Of a stretch of 64,000 nucleotides of DNA, positions 1 to 12,335 are shown in pieces. The notes beneath the pieces are model-generated. The model was not told the origin of the DNA. It made no database searches and was given only the letters and a program-made list of their open reading frames with translations. The stretch is from positions 4,620,389 through 4,684,388 of the forward strand of contig CM121343.1 in NCBI GenBank assembly GCA_051530055.1, written 5' to 3'. This DNA comes from Neoechinorhynchus agilis. Its lineage: Eukaryota > Animalia > Acanthocephala. The position numbers were made by a program, and so were the translations under genes. Every line of letters begins with the position of its first letter. Position 1 is the first letter of the stretch.

Positions 1-3000
1 CCGGTGAACCCGTTGTACATGATTTCATTTCCGTGTTTTTGATACCCAAAATCCTGCAAAAGAAGGCTAATCTGGTGAACATTAACTTGATCGTTGAAGG
101 GAGTCGCGTCACCTATTTCACCTTTCAATGCCGATACCTTGCTTTGAAGACATTCAATTAAATGCCCTATCGTCATACGGGAAGGAATGGCGTGTGGGTT
201 AATGATCAAATCAGGTGTAATCCCTTCACTTGTAAATGGCATATCTTCCGTTCTGAAAAGCATCCCGATTGTTCCTTTTTGCCCATGCCTACTGGCGAAC
301 TTGTCTCCTATTTGCGGTACCTTAACAGTCCTTACCTTTACTTTGGCTAATTTGTAACCTTCCTCGTTCACTGTAAGGACACTTGTTTCCACCACCCCTG
401 ACTCATTGCTTCGCATGAAAATGCTTGAATCTCTTTTCTCGGTTCGGTGAGCATGATTTGTGATGCCATCATCCACATATTCCGATGGCGTAATTGTCGT
501 TTTCCCAATTAGGACGTCATCGCCGGAAACACGGGTCCCTGGTGGAACCAAGCCGTCGAGGTCTAACTTTTCATATATAGCAAACCTGCATCCCCTCGTA
601 GTCTTCCTGTCGGGACGCTCGATGGCATCAGTGAGACCGCTCCGCTTGTTTTCGGTTTGAACATAAGTTCTCCAAAAAATTGATCTAAACATCCCACGAT
701 CGGCTGCACTCCAATTCATGATTATAGAATCTTCTTGATTGTAGCCAGAGTAGCATGCGATCGCTACTACGGCATTAAGTCCAGCTGGCATTTCTGAGAA
801 TTTCACGAATTCCATCGATCTTGTGGCTGATAATGGTTTTTGGGAGTAAAATAAGCAGTGAGCCAGTGGATCCATACGAGCATTAAAATTTGTGCAATAT
901 ATTCCAAGGGCCTGCTTACTCATTGCACTCTGATATGTGTTACGTGGCGATTGATTGTGATCAGGAAAAGGGATTAAACTGGCACAAACGCCGAGAACGG
1001 TACAAGGGTGGATTTCACAGTGAGTGAAGCGTGGAGTGTATGAAGATTCCTTTGCACCATAAACCGGTTTTCGAGAGAGGTCCTTTGGATACATGGCAAC
1101 CATGCATGTTTCTTCTTCTATCGCGTCCAGATACTCAATTATACCGTGATTTATCATTTCTGACCAACCGAAATTTCGCCACCCTTCTCTGTGTTCTTTC
1201 AAAAGCTCAATGTGAGGTTCTCTCAGTGTAAGTTTCTGGTTCTTTACAACCAGCAAAGGGCGACATACTCGTCCACAATCGGTGTGTATTGATACTTCTT
1301 GGTCATTGACATCATGGAGAATACTCGTATCATGTTGAATAGTCGATACATTCTTACGTAAGGTCCGAAGACAATTGACAAATAAGCGAGGCTGGGAATG
1401 AACACCTACAAGTCTTCCATTCAAAAAGACCTTTGCATATTCGCGCAGTTGAATCGATGTGATTTCTTTAAGATTGTTCATCCCATACTCCTGAAGTACA
1501 TCCAGAATTGGCCCAGCATCTGAACCCGTGGATATGGTCGCCATTAAAGCCAAATTCTTTACCAAACCAACCGCCTGGCCTTCAGGTGTTTCCGCAGGAC
1601 ACAACATACCCCAATGAGTGTTGTGAAGCTGCCTCGGTCTTGCAATCTTTCCTTCTCTACCCAAAGGAGAATTTATCCGTCTTAAATGTGAAAGTGTAGA
1701 AACGTATGTCAGTCTATTAAGCACTTGAGCTACGCCCGCTCGCGCTTGATGAGACCTTCTTTGGTCGCCCCAGTTACCAGTGGCAAGGGAGTACTTTAGT
1801 CCGCTTGTTATTAAAGCAGGTCTAAGCGCCATCTCAATGTTAAAACCACGGCCACGATTGAGGTGCTGTTGGGCGTACATCTTGACTTCACGGCAAACAT
1901 TTCGGAAGAGGGATCTGAACAGGTACGACATCAATGGACCTGCAAGGTCCAACCTTTTGTTGCCCAAATGATCCCTATCGTCGAGGTCACGGCGGCCTAA
2001 GACCACGTGCAACAGCCGGTGAGCCATATAGCCCAGGAAATACGCTTTCTCCGATTCGCAGTAGTCATCCGTTCCAATATGTGGTAAAATATCAGTTCTT
2101 ATCATATCCTTTGCAGCCTTCACCCTGTCCATCTTTTGAGACCCAGATCGACTTATTCGAGCACCAATGAACTCTAGAGCAGTTTTTTGATCCTGAACTG
2201 CTTCAGCTTCTATTAATGAAGGCTTCATCTTTTCCATCAGTTCAGCGTCACTGAAATCATAAACGATATGTTCAAGTACATCTCTATCCGAAGCAAATCC
2301 AAATGCCCGAAACAAAACCAGAATGGGAATGTCCTCGCTTAGGTATGGCAACGATAGAACTAATGATTGATTATTTACCATCGCAGCTTTCTTTTTGCGT
2401 CCTATCTGAATAGTCTCGGCCCCACGGGCAGCTATGTTGACACCCAGGCTGCAAACTGGCCGACTAGAATTCTCTTGCATCGAGCGTACCTCACATTTGT
2501 ACGTGTACTTTGGATCGCGACTATCGAAAACGTAAACAGAATTTGGTGCCATCTTTTCTTGAGCTATCAGAACCTTTTCAGACCCGTTAATTATGAAATA
2601 TCCACCTGGATCAAGGGCACACTCGTAAACCTCAGTCAATTTTCGTTGAGTCAGTTGCTTCAATAAACAATTTTTTGATCGTAGCATAACCGGCACTCGA
2701 CCAAAAAACAAACGAGGATGTTCAAGTGTCTGTTGGCTCAATCCAGTTTGTACCGTCTCAGTGATATTTACGAATAATGGAGCTGAATACGTGAGGCCCC
2801 GAATTCGAGCATCGTTTGGGTATACAGTCATAGGACTTCCATCCGATTCCCAATGAGTTGGTGTCGATGACCATACTTTGTTAAATTTTATTCTAACAGT
2901 GATGTTGCTCATAACAGTGCCTGTTCCACCGTCAATTAAAACATCCTCAGAATCATTAACGACTTCTTGCATGCCCAAGTCTACAAACTTATTGTAAGAC

Positions 3001-3209
3001 TCAATCTGTTGGCAAACTAATCCTTTATCTTGGAAGAAGGAAGATATGACAAGCCAACAGGCCTCTTGCCATTGACTTTCGTCTATCTCATTGCCATTTT
3101 CGAGACTTGAAGGAAGTGGACGCCGAGCTCGTGCTGTAAGTCGCCTTTCATAAATCGTATCCAGTTCAGCTTGCGATTTTGCTTGAAATACGGACCTCGG
3201 GATAAACAT
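1..3209 (-). CDS. POLR2B: RNA polymerase II second-largest subunit, 3' end runs off the window; no introns in 1069 codons
   Basis: Manual translation from ATG at 3209 is open to the edge. It contains [113 protein letters not shown] and [13 protein letters not shown]. The ORF track misses it because there is no stop in the window. Confidence 0.97.
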   Translation of the reverse strand, partial: MFIPRSVFQAKSQAELDTIYERRLTARARRPLPSSLENGNEIDESQWQEACWLVISSFFQDKGLVCQQIESYNKFVDLGMQEVVNDSEDVLIDGGTGTVMSNITVRIKFNKVWSSTPTHWESDGSPMTVYPNDARIRGLTYSAPLFVNITETVQTGLSQQTLEHPRLFFGRVPVMLRSKNCLLKQLTQRKLTEVYECALDPGGYFIINGSEKVLIAQEKMAPNSVYVFDSRDPKYTYKCEVRSMQENSSRPVCSLGVNIAARGAETIQIGRKKKAAMVNNQSLVLSLPYLSEDIPILVLFRAFGFASDRDVLEHIVYDFSDAELMEKMKPSLIEAEAVQDQKTALEFIGARISRSGSQKMDRVKAAKDMIRTDILPHIGTDDYCESEKAYFLGYMAHRLLHVVLGRRDLDDRDHLGNKRLDLAGPLMSYLFRSLFRNVCREVKMYAQQHLNRGRGFNIEMALRPALITSGLKYSLATGNWGDQRRSHQARAGVAQVLNRLTYVSTLSHLRRINSPLGREGKIARPRQLHNTHWGMLCPAETPEGQAVGLVKNLALMATISTGSDAGPILDVLQEYGMNNLKEITSIQLREYAKVFLNGRLVGVHSQPRLFVNCLRTLRKNVSTIQHDTSILHDVNDQEVSIHTDCGRVCRPLLVVKNQKLTLREPHIELLKEHREGWRNFGWSEMINHGIIEYLDAIEEETCMVAMYPKDLSRKPVYGAKESSYTPRFTHCEIHPCTVLGVCASLIPFPDHNQSPRNTYQSAMSKQALGIYCTNFNARMDPLAHCLFYSQKPLSATRSMEFVKFSEMPAGLNAVVAIACYSGYNQEDSIIMNWSAADRGMFRSIFWRTYVQTENKRSGLTDAIERPDRKTTRGCRFAIYEKLDLDGLVPPGTRVSGDDVLIGKTTITPSEYVDDGITNHAHRTEKRDSSIFMRSNESGVVETSVLTVNEEGYKLAKVKVRTVKVPQIGDKFASRHGQKGTIGMLFRTEDMPFTSEGITPDLIINPHAIPSRMTIGHLIECLQSKVSALKGEIGDATPFNDQVNVHQISLLLQDFGYQKHGNEIMYNGFT

Positions 3210-5604
3210 CTAAAGATTCATTATATGCGATCGAAACTCTCTACAGTTTTATGGTCGCTTTTGGTGTTCAATAAATTGACTTTAATGAGGATGTAAAATC
3301 TAGTAGCTTCTTTAGGTAACGTGCGAAATTAGCGAATAGATTGATTTTAGTCAAAGCAATGTTAAGGACAAAACACAAACCACTGAAATTAGGAAAACTC
3401 ACTGTATCTTTCTGATAAAAAATTTAGAGGTTGAGACGAATCACTGGTGATCCGAGGGCAGGAGCATTTCTCCTGCAAAACATAAGCCTGGCTGTGCAAC
3501 ACGGGGGCGAAGGCTGCATCCGTCCTTTCGACCATCACAACACAAGGACGGCAGCTTTGTACTTTATCTATATAACAAATTATCTTTAAAATATTTACTG
3601 CGCAAATAAATCGTATTTTCAGGGAATGAATTAGTAGAAGGAATATAGAGAGATCTTAAATCACGAAGAGGTTTTTAGAATGCAAGAAACTGAAATGCAT
3701 AATTTCAAAGTAACAATTTAAAAGCATTTCTGGCCGAAGATATACTCATCCATTCGGTCTATTAAGGTTCACCGCTATAACTAACATGCTTAAGTGAGAC
3801 CAACTTTTTCAAGGGTGAACGTTGAAGGCAGCAACGAATTCTAAGCTCTAAAATACAGCCTAGCTAAAACCAATTTTGATACTAACGTGAGTACAGCTCA
3901 GCAATACAACAGATATTCACATCCAAATTATTATCCGTTTTGTATTGATAAGCTTTTCTCCATAAGACCAAGTACAGGATTGGCAATCAATAAATCTTTC
4001 CTAATTAGCCAACATTTATAAAAGAAGTTAATTTGCACGAGTGAATAATTTTCCTCAAGACGCTCAAATATAGAATCAACAATTAATAAATTGATTTTTT
4101 AAACAACGATTCCAATATATTCTGACTATTATGAATAATTTATTTTTCATTTTCAATGAAACACAAATTTTCAAATGTTACAATCAATAAATCCTTTCTA
4201 AAACATTTTAATTACTGTTGATAAATTATTTTCTATTTTGCATGCTAAGCCTTTGTTGAGACGTACAATGATAGAATTGGTAATCAATTAATTGTACATA
4301 ATTAACCAACATTTCCAATGCTAAAAATCGATCACGAAGTGTAGCACTGCTTCTTGGAAATCATTTATGAGAGCGGTAAAATAGTATTACCGATACTTGA
4401 AACCCCAAATGTACAACGGACGTGATATTGATAATTGTTTCGCTGATTTTCCCGATTTAGGTATTATCTGGATTCGAATATGCTCTATGATCACATCTTC
4501 CTTTCAGCGCTAGTTTTGAATATCGGGGAAAATTCCAAATCTCGATTGATCGTTTCGAAAAATCGCGAAGAATCCTAATCTCGTAATTCAGACATTTAGC
4601 GAACACCCGATATTCTTGACCGGAGGCCTTTCCACGCCCATTTTGGCAACTCGAATGTTGGTGTGTTCCATTGCAACATGGAAATTCATAAATTTAAAGA
4701 AAGTTCGTAAAAGGTTGCTTTAAGATATCATTTAAAACGAACCTCTGGCCATCTCATTCTTCGGACCGATATCTATATTTTTGAACGGCGGCGTTAAATG
4801 GCGCCCTGGGTTTACACTTTTGCACTCTAGTTTAGTCGGCCGCTGGAATGGTTATCGTTCTTGGCTTGAAGTTTCATCCGTGATTGGAGAGGCCGTGGAA
4901 CATTTAGTCGAACAATTCTTGTTTCTATCCCATGAGTATCTTATAAATATTGAACATAATCCCGGTTTAAGTTCTTAGGAATCTTTTACCGAGATTATGT
5001 TCAAAAACCATTCAAAATTTACCACCTCGAAGGATCTTCTTGATATAATCATCCTATAAATGTGCAATTAATCATTTTTTCGATATCAAGATGCATCATC
5101 GTTCAAATAAAGCACTGCCACAGTACAAAAGAAACATCACTGTGAGTCGTCGTAAATCGTAACAATCCACCGAATCCACCCACTAGGAAAAAAATTTCAA
5201 GTGAATACTCAAATAATTTGCATTTATCATCGAACTAGCCAACAGAGCCTGTAAAATGAAAGATGATTCAACGACTCATACCACCACTGGACCTTGAAAT
5301 GGATTCCATGGATACGATAAAATTGGTATTGACGTTCATTCTACACAGTGTTTATCGGATCGGAAGCGCGTATTTAAGGGGAAAAATAAACGTTTGAAGA
5401 TTGAACTGTTCATATTGGTCGTTTTCTGACGCGAAGATAAATTAAAATGATTTTATTTTAAAATAGAATCGAAATCGATGGACTGCGGGTGTCCGTTTCG
5501 CCATGTATGGAAAATAAACATATCTATAAAAAGATTACCAGCTGAGCCACATAAAAAATTCTAAAAAATCGGAAAGCTTATCAAGGCTAAAAGTCACGAA
5601 GTTC

Positions 5605-5925
5605 GTACATTCCGCAGTGTGCTGAGGTGGTCAAGTGGACTAATGCTTCAGATCCCAGTTAAGGGTCACCGGGTTTGAATCCGTTACTGCTAATGACACA
5701 CACAACCAAAGGGAACGAAATACCTCGATGAAGGGAAGAGGAAACTCACTGTTGGGTCCCGCCTCCCCGGGAGGTATCTGAGAATCCGGAGGGATGCACA
5801 AACTTATAACCGTCTACGGTCTTGGGGCATTGAGCGCAGACCAGCGCTTACCAGACCGAAATCGGTGGACTGCGGGTGTCCATTCGGCCGTGCATAGAAA
5901 ATCTTTAACATATCCATCAAAACAA
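5605..5925 (+). mobile_element. tRNA-derived SINE-like element (family A), with a 3'-tail-only fragment at ~5471-5532
   Basis: Pol III A-box-like GTGCTGAGGTGG and B-box-like GGGTTTGAATCC. About 270 bp is closely similar to 56652-56920. The tail GAAATCG(A/G)TGGACTGCGGGTGTCC is repeated at 5471. Confidence 0.7.
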
Positions 5926-6612
5926 AAAGCATTCATAGGTGCACCACCCCTCTACAATTAACAACCTGATCAAAGGAGGTGCGTCCAAAGACCTAAATTG
6001 TTGTAAAGAAATTCGACCGAAGGCCAACGAAAAGGCCGAAAATTTTCAAGATAAATCTATTTTCTTAATCAAACATCGCTAATTGAAACTGAACCTAAAT
6101 TGTTGTATCTACACTAAGAAAGCTAAACCAATTAAACTCATCCATGGTGAAGAACATCAAGGCAAAGGAGTGGTGTACAAAATTCCTTGCACAGAATGTG
6201 AAAAGTCGGATGTGGGCCACCAAACCATCAATTTACAAAGAAGAATTGAGGAACACAAATATACGCTCTTAGGAGAGGTACCGATGCCAGTTCCGCAATA
6301 CTCAACCATTTCGCCCAACAGGGCCACTTAATGAACATTGACAACGCTACCATTTTGGCACAAAGTGAAACAAAATGGCATCGAGTAATTTTGGAGGCCC
6401 TATTCATCCGCCAGGTGAAAACGGTTGAAGGGAATAAGGCGGACTTTAGGCTCAATCTTAGGACATTAAATATTGATCCACCCCCACGTGAATTTTTTAG
6501 ACCTTGATAAAGACGTACAAGATTGTGCTTCCGAAGTATCGGATTTTAAAAATAAAATCATTTTAACTTCTCTACGCCAGAAAAAACTATAACAGTAGAA
6601 GAGAGTGAACAA
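5925..6612 (+). mobile_element. Penelope-like element 3' fragment: frameshifted GIY-YIG endonuclease plus pLTR tail
   Basis: GVVYKIPCTECEKSDVGHQTINLQRRIEEHKY, then in a shifted frame SSAILNHFAQQGHLMNIDNATILAQSETKWHRVILEALFIRQ. Near-identical to minus-strand copies at ~41.5-42.2 kb and ~47.6-48.3 kb. Confidence 0.85.
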
Positions 6613-7949
6613 CCGGACATTCACTACGACGTTGCGGAATGCACTGTGTCTATCATTCCAACTGCATAATTAGTATGAACCGAAATACTCAATGTTTTCG
6701 CAATCATGAGCTCAAGGTAGCGAATGACCACCCAATTCACGGGAGATTTCTATGCCCCCTTAATGCAAAAAAATGATATAAAATGCGAGCTGAACGAGAT
6801 TCAATATCTGGAACTCGCACTGAAATCGAATCAGTTGTTGCCCAGAGAAGTGATACATTGCAAGTTCCTATCTTCGTGGCTAAAAACCATTAAGGGCGAT
6901 ACCGAAAACGTAAAAGCAATATCCTACTTCGTTGGAAGCCTCAAAATATATTTCACTAACAGCCATTACGCTAAACAATCCCTGAACCGGGTTCGGATTT
7001 GTTAAAATAATGCGATTGTTGATTTTGGAGTGGATTGCGGGTTTGGTCGGGGGGATGTCCGTTCTGATGGAAGCTTGTGATACGGGAGATTGAGGGGATC
7101 ATTTCGAAGCATTTAAAGAACATGAGATGGAGTTTGTGATTGGTGCAGAAATCTTTTATGTGTGTGATTTCGTTAGAGTCGGCGTATAAGAAAAGTTTAT
7201 AGTGAGGACGGCCTCTAGCCCACTCGGGTTTCTGAATACGCCTGAGAAGAATTTTCGTACGTTATTTTCTCAATCCTTGTCGAAAGTAAGAAACTTATAG
7301 TGGTAAAGTTTTACATTCGACCTGGGAAAATTCATTTAGCGGAAATCAAGTCTATTTAAAAGTCTTTTACAATCAGGAGCAGATATGCTTTTTATTGATT
7401 TTAATAACCCCTCCGTTCACTCCGTATCCTCGCATGAGATTCTCCGTTCGTATTTGGACTATTGTTTTTGGAAGAAATCATGCCCCATCAAATCGAATGC
7501 TGTTTTTTAAACGGCCGTCCTTCTCGGGTTTAAGAATTTCATCATTGTCGTTTCTTTTGATTTTTTTCATAAAATGCTATGGGCCTATCCCTGAATCCTA
7601 GTAAGACGAAATTTATCCTGAAGTCGAGATCAGTACTAGGTAAATACAAGATCCGCGAGATTTTGAATCAGCTCGACTTCTCCACGTTCGAAAAATTGAT
7701 ATACTCGGGAAAGATGATCTCAATAAACTCAAGCGGCTGCTTAAGGTAGCGCGTTCTAAAATATTATAGCAACGAAGACCACCCGGAATCCTTTAGCTGT
7801 TTCAGGTTGTTCTTTTTTCGAGTCCGCCTGAACAACGCGTATGCATTAGGCGATCTCCATCATGATTGGATCAAATCACGCCTTGCCGAATAAATCTTAT
7901 TATATGACCTCATCCATCTGGAAGAATCGTACTCCGCCTTCGTAATACC

Positions 7950-10167
7950 TTGGAGTTTCAGCCATTTCATATGAATTCGAATGACCCTGGTGGCGAGAAT
8001 TCGGATTCTCAGCTGTCTCGGTTTGCAATGCATCCTCAATCGAGTTGTCCATCACGCGAAGGAGCTCCAACGGGGGAATGTGACCCAAATCCAAGTACCG
8101 ATGTGTACTGCTTATTCACGAACGTGTACGCTCTTCGTTGGTTTCATTGTGAGTTCTTCTCTTCAAGCATCGACCGTGAGATCGAGATGAACGAGCGAAA
8201 GTTTATCAAGCACGTGGTCATGGCATATCCCGGACTGAGACGATTGTGGGCTTCTTTAAATTGGTTAGATCCTCGAGATCTCGACCGAACCGTCACTGAT
8301 GTACGCTGCCCTCGTGTGTATTGGACAATTCTTCGAGCACTCATGGGAAGACCACCTCTGATGATTTCTCCTTACTACGGTGATGAACGCATTCATTTGA
8401 ATCGACGACGGTGGAAGTTCAGGCTGTTACAACGAAAACAAGTCTCAGAAGGATTCGCCAGTGATTTCGAAGATATGCCAGCCGAGCTCAGCGTTCCCCT
8501 CGTCGTTGGAACTCGCTGCATCGCATGGCTCACTCCACCGAACGTTGTTAGATGTGGATTTTTTCCAGGAATAATCTCTGGAGTCGACTATGAAGGTAAC
8601 ACCTACCGGATAATCTTTGATGAACCGAGTGTTGGAACGCTTAGCGTTGTTGATCATGAAGTCGCTTCGCTTGATGCACTTACAGTGGCGGTACTCTTCT
8701 TCTTCTTTATTTTCTCACACTCATCGGTGGGAGCCATCGTTAGACCAAGTACCTTTTTATTATAGAATGTTCCTTTGAAAAAACCGATTTTCAACAATAT
8801 TCCCATTTTGATAAAACTTTTTTTCGCTTACCACATAGTGAGAGGACCCTTGCTGCGTTTTCATTGGACTTAAAGATGACAAATTCCTTTTTACAAAGAA
8901 GTGAATCGCTTCTTTATGACGTACAACAGAGTGGATTATTTCATAAAGTCAAGACATTGGAAATATCGTTCACAACACTCATACGACGAGTCTTTTCTAA
9001 CATCAACTTCTCGGACAACTCAGGATGAAGGATCCCACTCACCTAGCGAAAAAACGGGAGAGGATCCCATTCTGATGCCGTTTAGATTTGCTGTGACAAC
9101 AGAAGATCGCGGGGCGGGTAATTGCGATCCACAAAGCGGAAATGTAAGTGACATGAATGAGCATTTACTGTTGGACAGTGGCAGTGATGATGACATTTCA
9201 AATGAGCAGGACAGCGATGACATCTCGGGAGAAATGCTCGATGAAGGAGAGGATGTAAATTCGATGAGTGCCGGTCAATGCAAAATCCTGCCTTTTGCTA
9301 TTTACATACGGGAATTGTTTGCTCTTAAGCGAGCGTTAAGAATGGCTAAGAAGACCCACGAGATCCTCATGAGAGTGGGCATTCATGACCACAAGACTAA
9401 ACAAGGTCCTAATATGGTAGCCAATGTCCATGTTGACGCAAGCTTAGCAGATCAAATGCGTAAGCGGTATGGTGATTCCATTCAAGTAATTTATCATTCG
9501 ACTAAACGACTTCGATTGATGAAACCAGACTTGATTCGATATCGGAATAGTGTAAGTGCACCCCTAAGCCGTTTAGTTGATAAACCTTTATTGTTCCAAG
9601 TTTAGCTGACACAAAATGCCCATTTGTCAGGAATAAAGCAAGCCGGAGAATATGCAATGGACGCCATTCAAGAGGGTTCCGCAGCAGTCAGCAGTGCCTT
9701 GAGTACTGTGGTATGTCATATATTCGAGCCTTAAAAAATTCCTCAATGCCATTCTGCACAGCAAAAATGGTATCCCGATGTAAGCTCGACCAACTTGCAT
9801 GCACTCATTAACGACCAAGGCACAGTTGCACTTATGAAATATCTGGCGGCAATCATTATTTACCTTCAGGTAAAACCTTAGGTCTAATCCGAAAGGTTAC
9901 TTGCTTTTTTCATATCAGAAATACGTCCGAATCAATTCGCCAACGCCCGACGAACCGAAACTCACGGAAATTAATCTTAGTGGACTTAAAAAGATAGTTG
10001 CGATGGCAGCTTCGAATATTGCCGATGGTCAGGATAAAGCTTACGTGTATCGCCATATAAACGCGTTGTTGTACCATATCAATCGTGATTTAAAATGCGA
10101 TGAAAAATTACCGTTCGTCGAGAATACAAGGTGTTGGCAATCGAATTCAGAAGAGCATTGGAATTAA
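7950..10167 (+). CDS. lin-9: LIN-9/Mip130 (MuvB/DREAM subunit), multi-exon; exon boundaries and start approximate
   Basis: DIRP-like RWFHCEFFSSSIDRE...WTILRALMGRPPLMISPYYGDERIHLNRRRWKFRLLQRKQ, followed by Tudor-like PLVVGTRCIAWL...GFFPGIISGVDYEGNTYRIIFDEPSVG. The downstream ORFs 8901-9605 and 9901-10167 fit the C-terminal coiled-coil part. Confidence 0.8.
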
Positions 10168-10289
10168 AATTATCTTAGGTCAAATAAAGGTACATCCATT
10201 TTACTTGATTTTCCGAATAACGATAACTGAACTTTTACGAGAATTTGGATCCGCAAAAGACGAAATTTTTGCGGCTTTATCGCAGTCCA

Positions 10290-12240
10290 TGAAACGTTTT
10301 CATCTTTTAAAAATATATCGCGGAAAAATGCTTAAACCCAAATCAACAGTTTTCTAGCTTTAAATTTTTTTAAACTTTAAAACATCCAACATTTTGACCA
10401 CGAAACTTTTTCATCTTTTAAAAATATATCGCGGAAAAATGCCTAAACCCAAATCAGCAGATTTCTAGCTTTAAATTTTTCAAACTTTAAAAACATCCAA
10501 CATTTTGACCACGAAACTTTTTCATCTTTAAAAATATATCGCGGAAAAATGCTTAAACCCAAATCAGCAGTTTTCTCCTTTTAGATTTTTCAAACTTTAT
10601 AAACACCCAACATTTTGACCACGAAACTTTTTCATCTTTTAAAAATATATCGCGGAAAAATGCTTAAACCCAAATCAGCAGTTTTCTCCTTTTAGATTTT
10701 TCAAACTTTATAAACACCCAACATTTTGACCACGAAACTTTTTCATCTTTAAAAATAAATCGCGGAAAAATGCTTAAACCCAAATCAGCAGATTTCTAGC
10801 TTTAAATTTTTCAAACTTTAAAACACCCAACATTTTGACCACGAAACTTTTTCATCTTTAAAAATAAATCGCGGAAAAATGCTTAAACCCAAATCAGCAG
10901 ATTTCTAGCTTTAAATTTTTCAAACTTTAAAACATCCAACATTTTGACCACGAAACTTTTTCATCTTTTAAAAATATATCGCGGAAAAATGCTTAAACCC
11001 AAATCAGCAGATTTCTAGCTTTAAATTTTTCAAACTTTAAAACATCCAACATTTTGACCACGAAACTTTTTCATCTTTAAAAATATATCGCGGAAAAATG
11101 CTTAAACCCAAATCAGCAGTTTTCTAGCTTTAAATTTTTCAAACTTTAAAAACATCCAACATTTTGACCACGAAACTTTTTCATCTTTTAAAAATAAATC
11201 GCGGAAAAATGCTTAAACCCAAATCAGCAGATTTCTAGCTTTAAATTTTTCAAACTTTAAAAACATCCAACATTTTGACCACGAAACTTTTTCATCTTTT
11301 AAAAATATGTCGTGGAAAAATGCTTAAACCCAAATCAGCAGATTTCTAGCTTTAAATTTTTCAAACTTTAAAAACATCCAACATTTTGACCACGAAACTT
11401 TTTCATCTTTTAAAAATATGTCGTGGAAAAATGCTTAAACCCAAATCAGCAGATTTCTAGCTTTAAATTTTAAACTTTAAAAACATCCAACATTTTGACC
11501 ACGAAACTTTTTCATCTTTAAAAATAAATCGCGGAAAAATGCTTAAACCCAAATCAGCAGTTTTCTCCTTTTAGATTTTTCAAACTTTATAAACACCCAA
11601 CATTTTGACCACGAAACTTTTTCATCTTTTAAAAATAAATCGCGGAAAAATGCTTAAACCCAAATCAGCAGTTTTCTCCTTTTAGATTTTTCAAACTTTA
11701 TAAACATCCAACATTTTGACCACGAAACTTTTTCATCTTTTAAAAATATATCGCGGAAAAATGCTTAAACCCAAATCAACAGTTTTCTAGCTTTAAATTT
11801 TTCAAACTTTAAAACATCCAACATTTTGACCACGAAACTTTTTCATCTTTTAAAAATATATCGCGGAAAAATGCTTAAACCCAAATCAACAGTTTTCTAG
11901 CTTTAAATTTTTCAAACTTTAAAACATCCAACATTTTGACCACGAAACTTTTTCATCTTTTAAAAATATATCGCGGAAAAATGCTTAAACCCAAATCAAC
12001 AGTTTTCTAGCTTTAAATTTTTCAAACTTTAAAACATCCAACATTTTGACCACGAAACTTTTTCATCTTTTAAAAATATATCGCGGAAAAATGCTTAAGC
12101 CCAAATCAGCAGTTTTCTCCCTTTAAATTTTTCAAACATTAAAAACATCCAACATTTTGACCACGAAACTTTTTCATCTTTGTGAATATGTCGTGGAAAA
12201 ATGCTTAAACCCAAATCAACAGTTTTCTAGCTTTAAATTT
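10290..12240. repeat. Tandem satellite, ~110-bp unit, ~17-18 copies
   Basis: The anchor ATTTTGACCACGAAAC recurs at 10391, 10502, 10612, 10723, 10832, 10941, 11051, 11161 and onward. Confidence 0.97.
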
Positions 12241-12335
12241 TGATCTTTTGAAGGTTGCCATTTGATTTGGCGCTGCGCATTTGAAGGCCTCGACCATTCA
12301 AGAAGATAAATATCTGGTACGTCTTGGTGATTATA

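Noticed and set aside
162-2666. Short plus-strand ORFs in the track
   Set aside because: Antisense shadows of RPB2. The same applies to most small ORFs overlapping EF1-gamma, CDON, CRE and SLC33A1.
3425-3575. U1 snRNA or HDV-like ribozyme identity for the hairpin island
   Set aside because: UUGCAC and AAAUG loops recall U1, but there is no ACUUACC 5' end or four-way junction, and no HDV P1 helix could be built.
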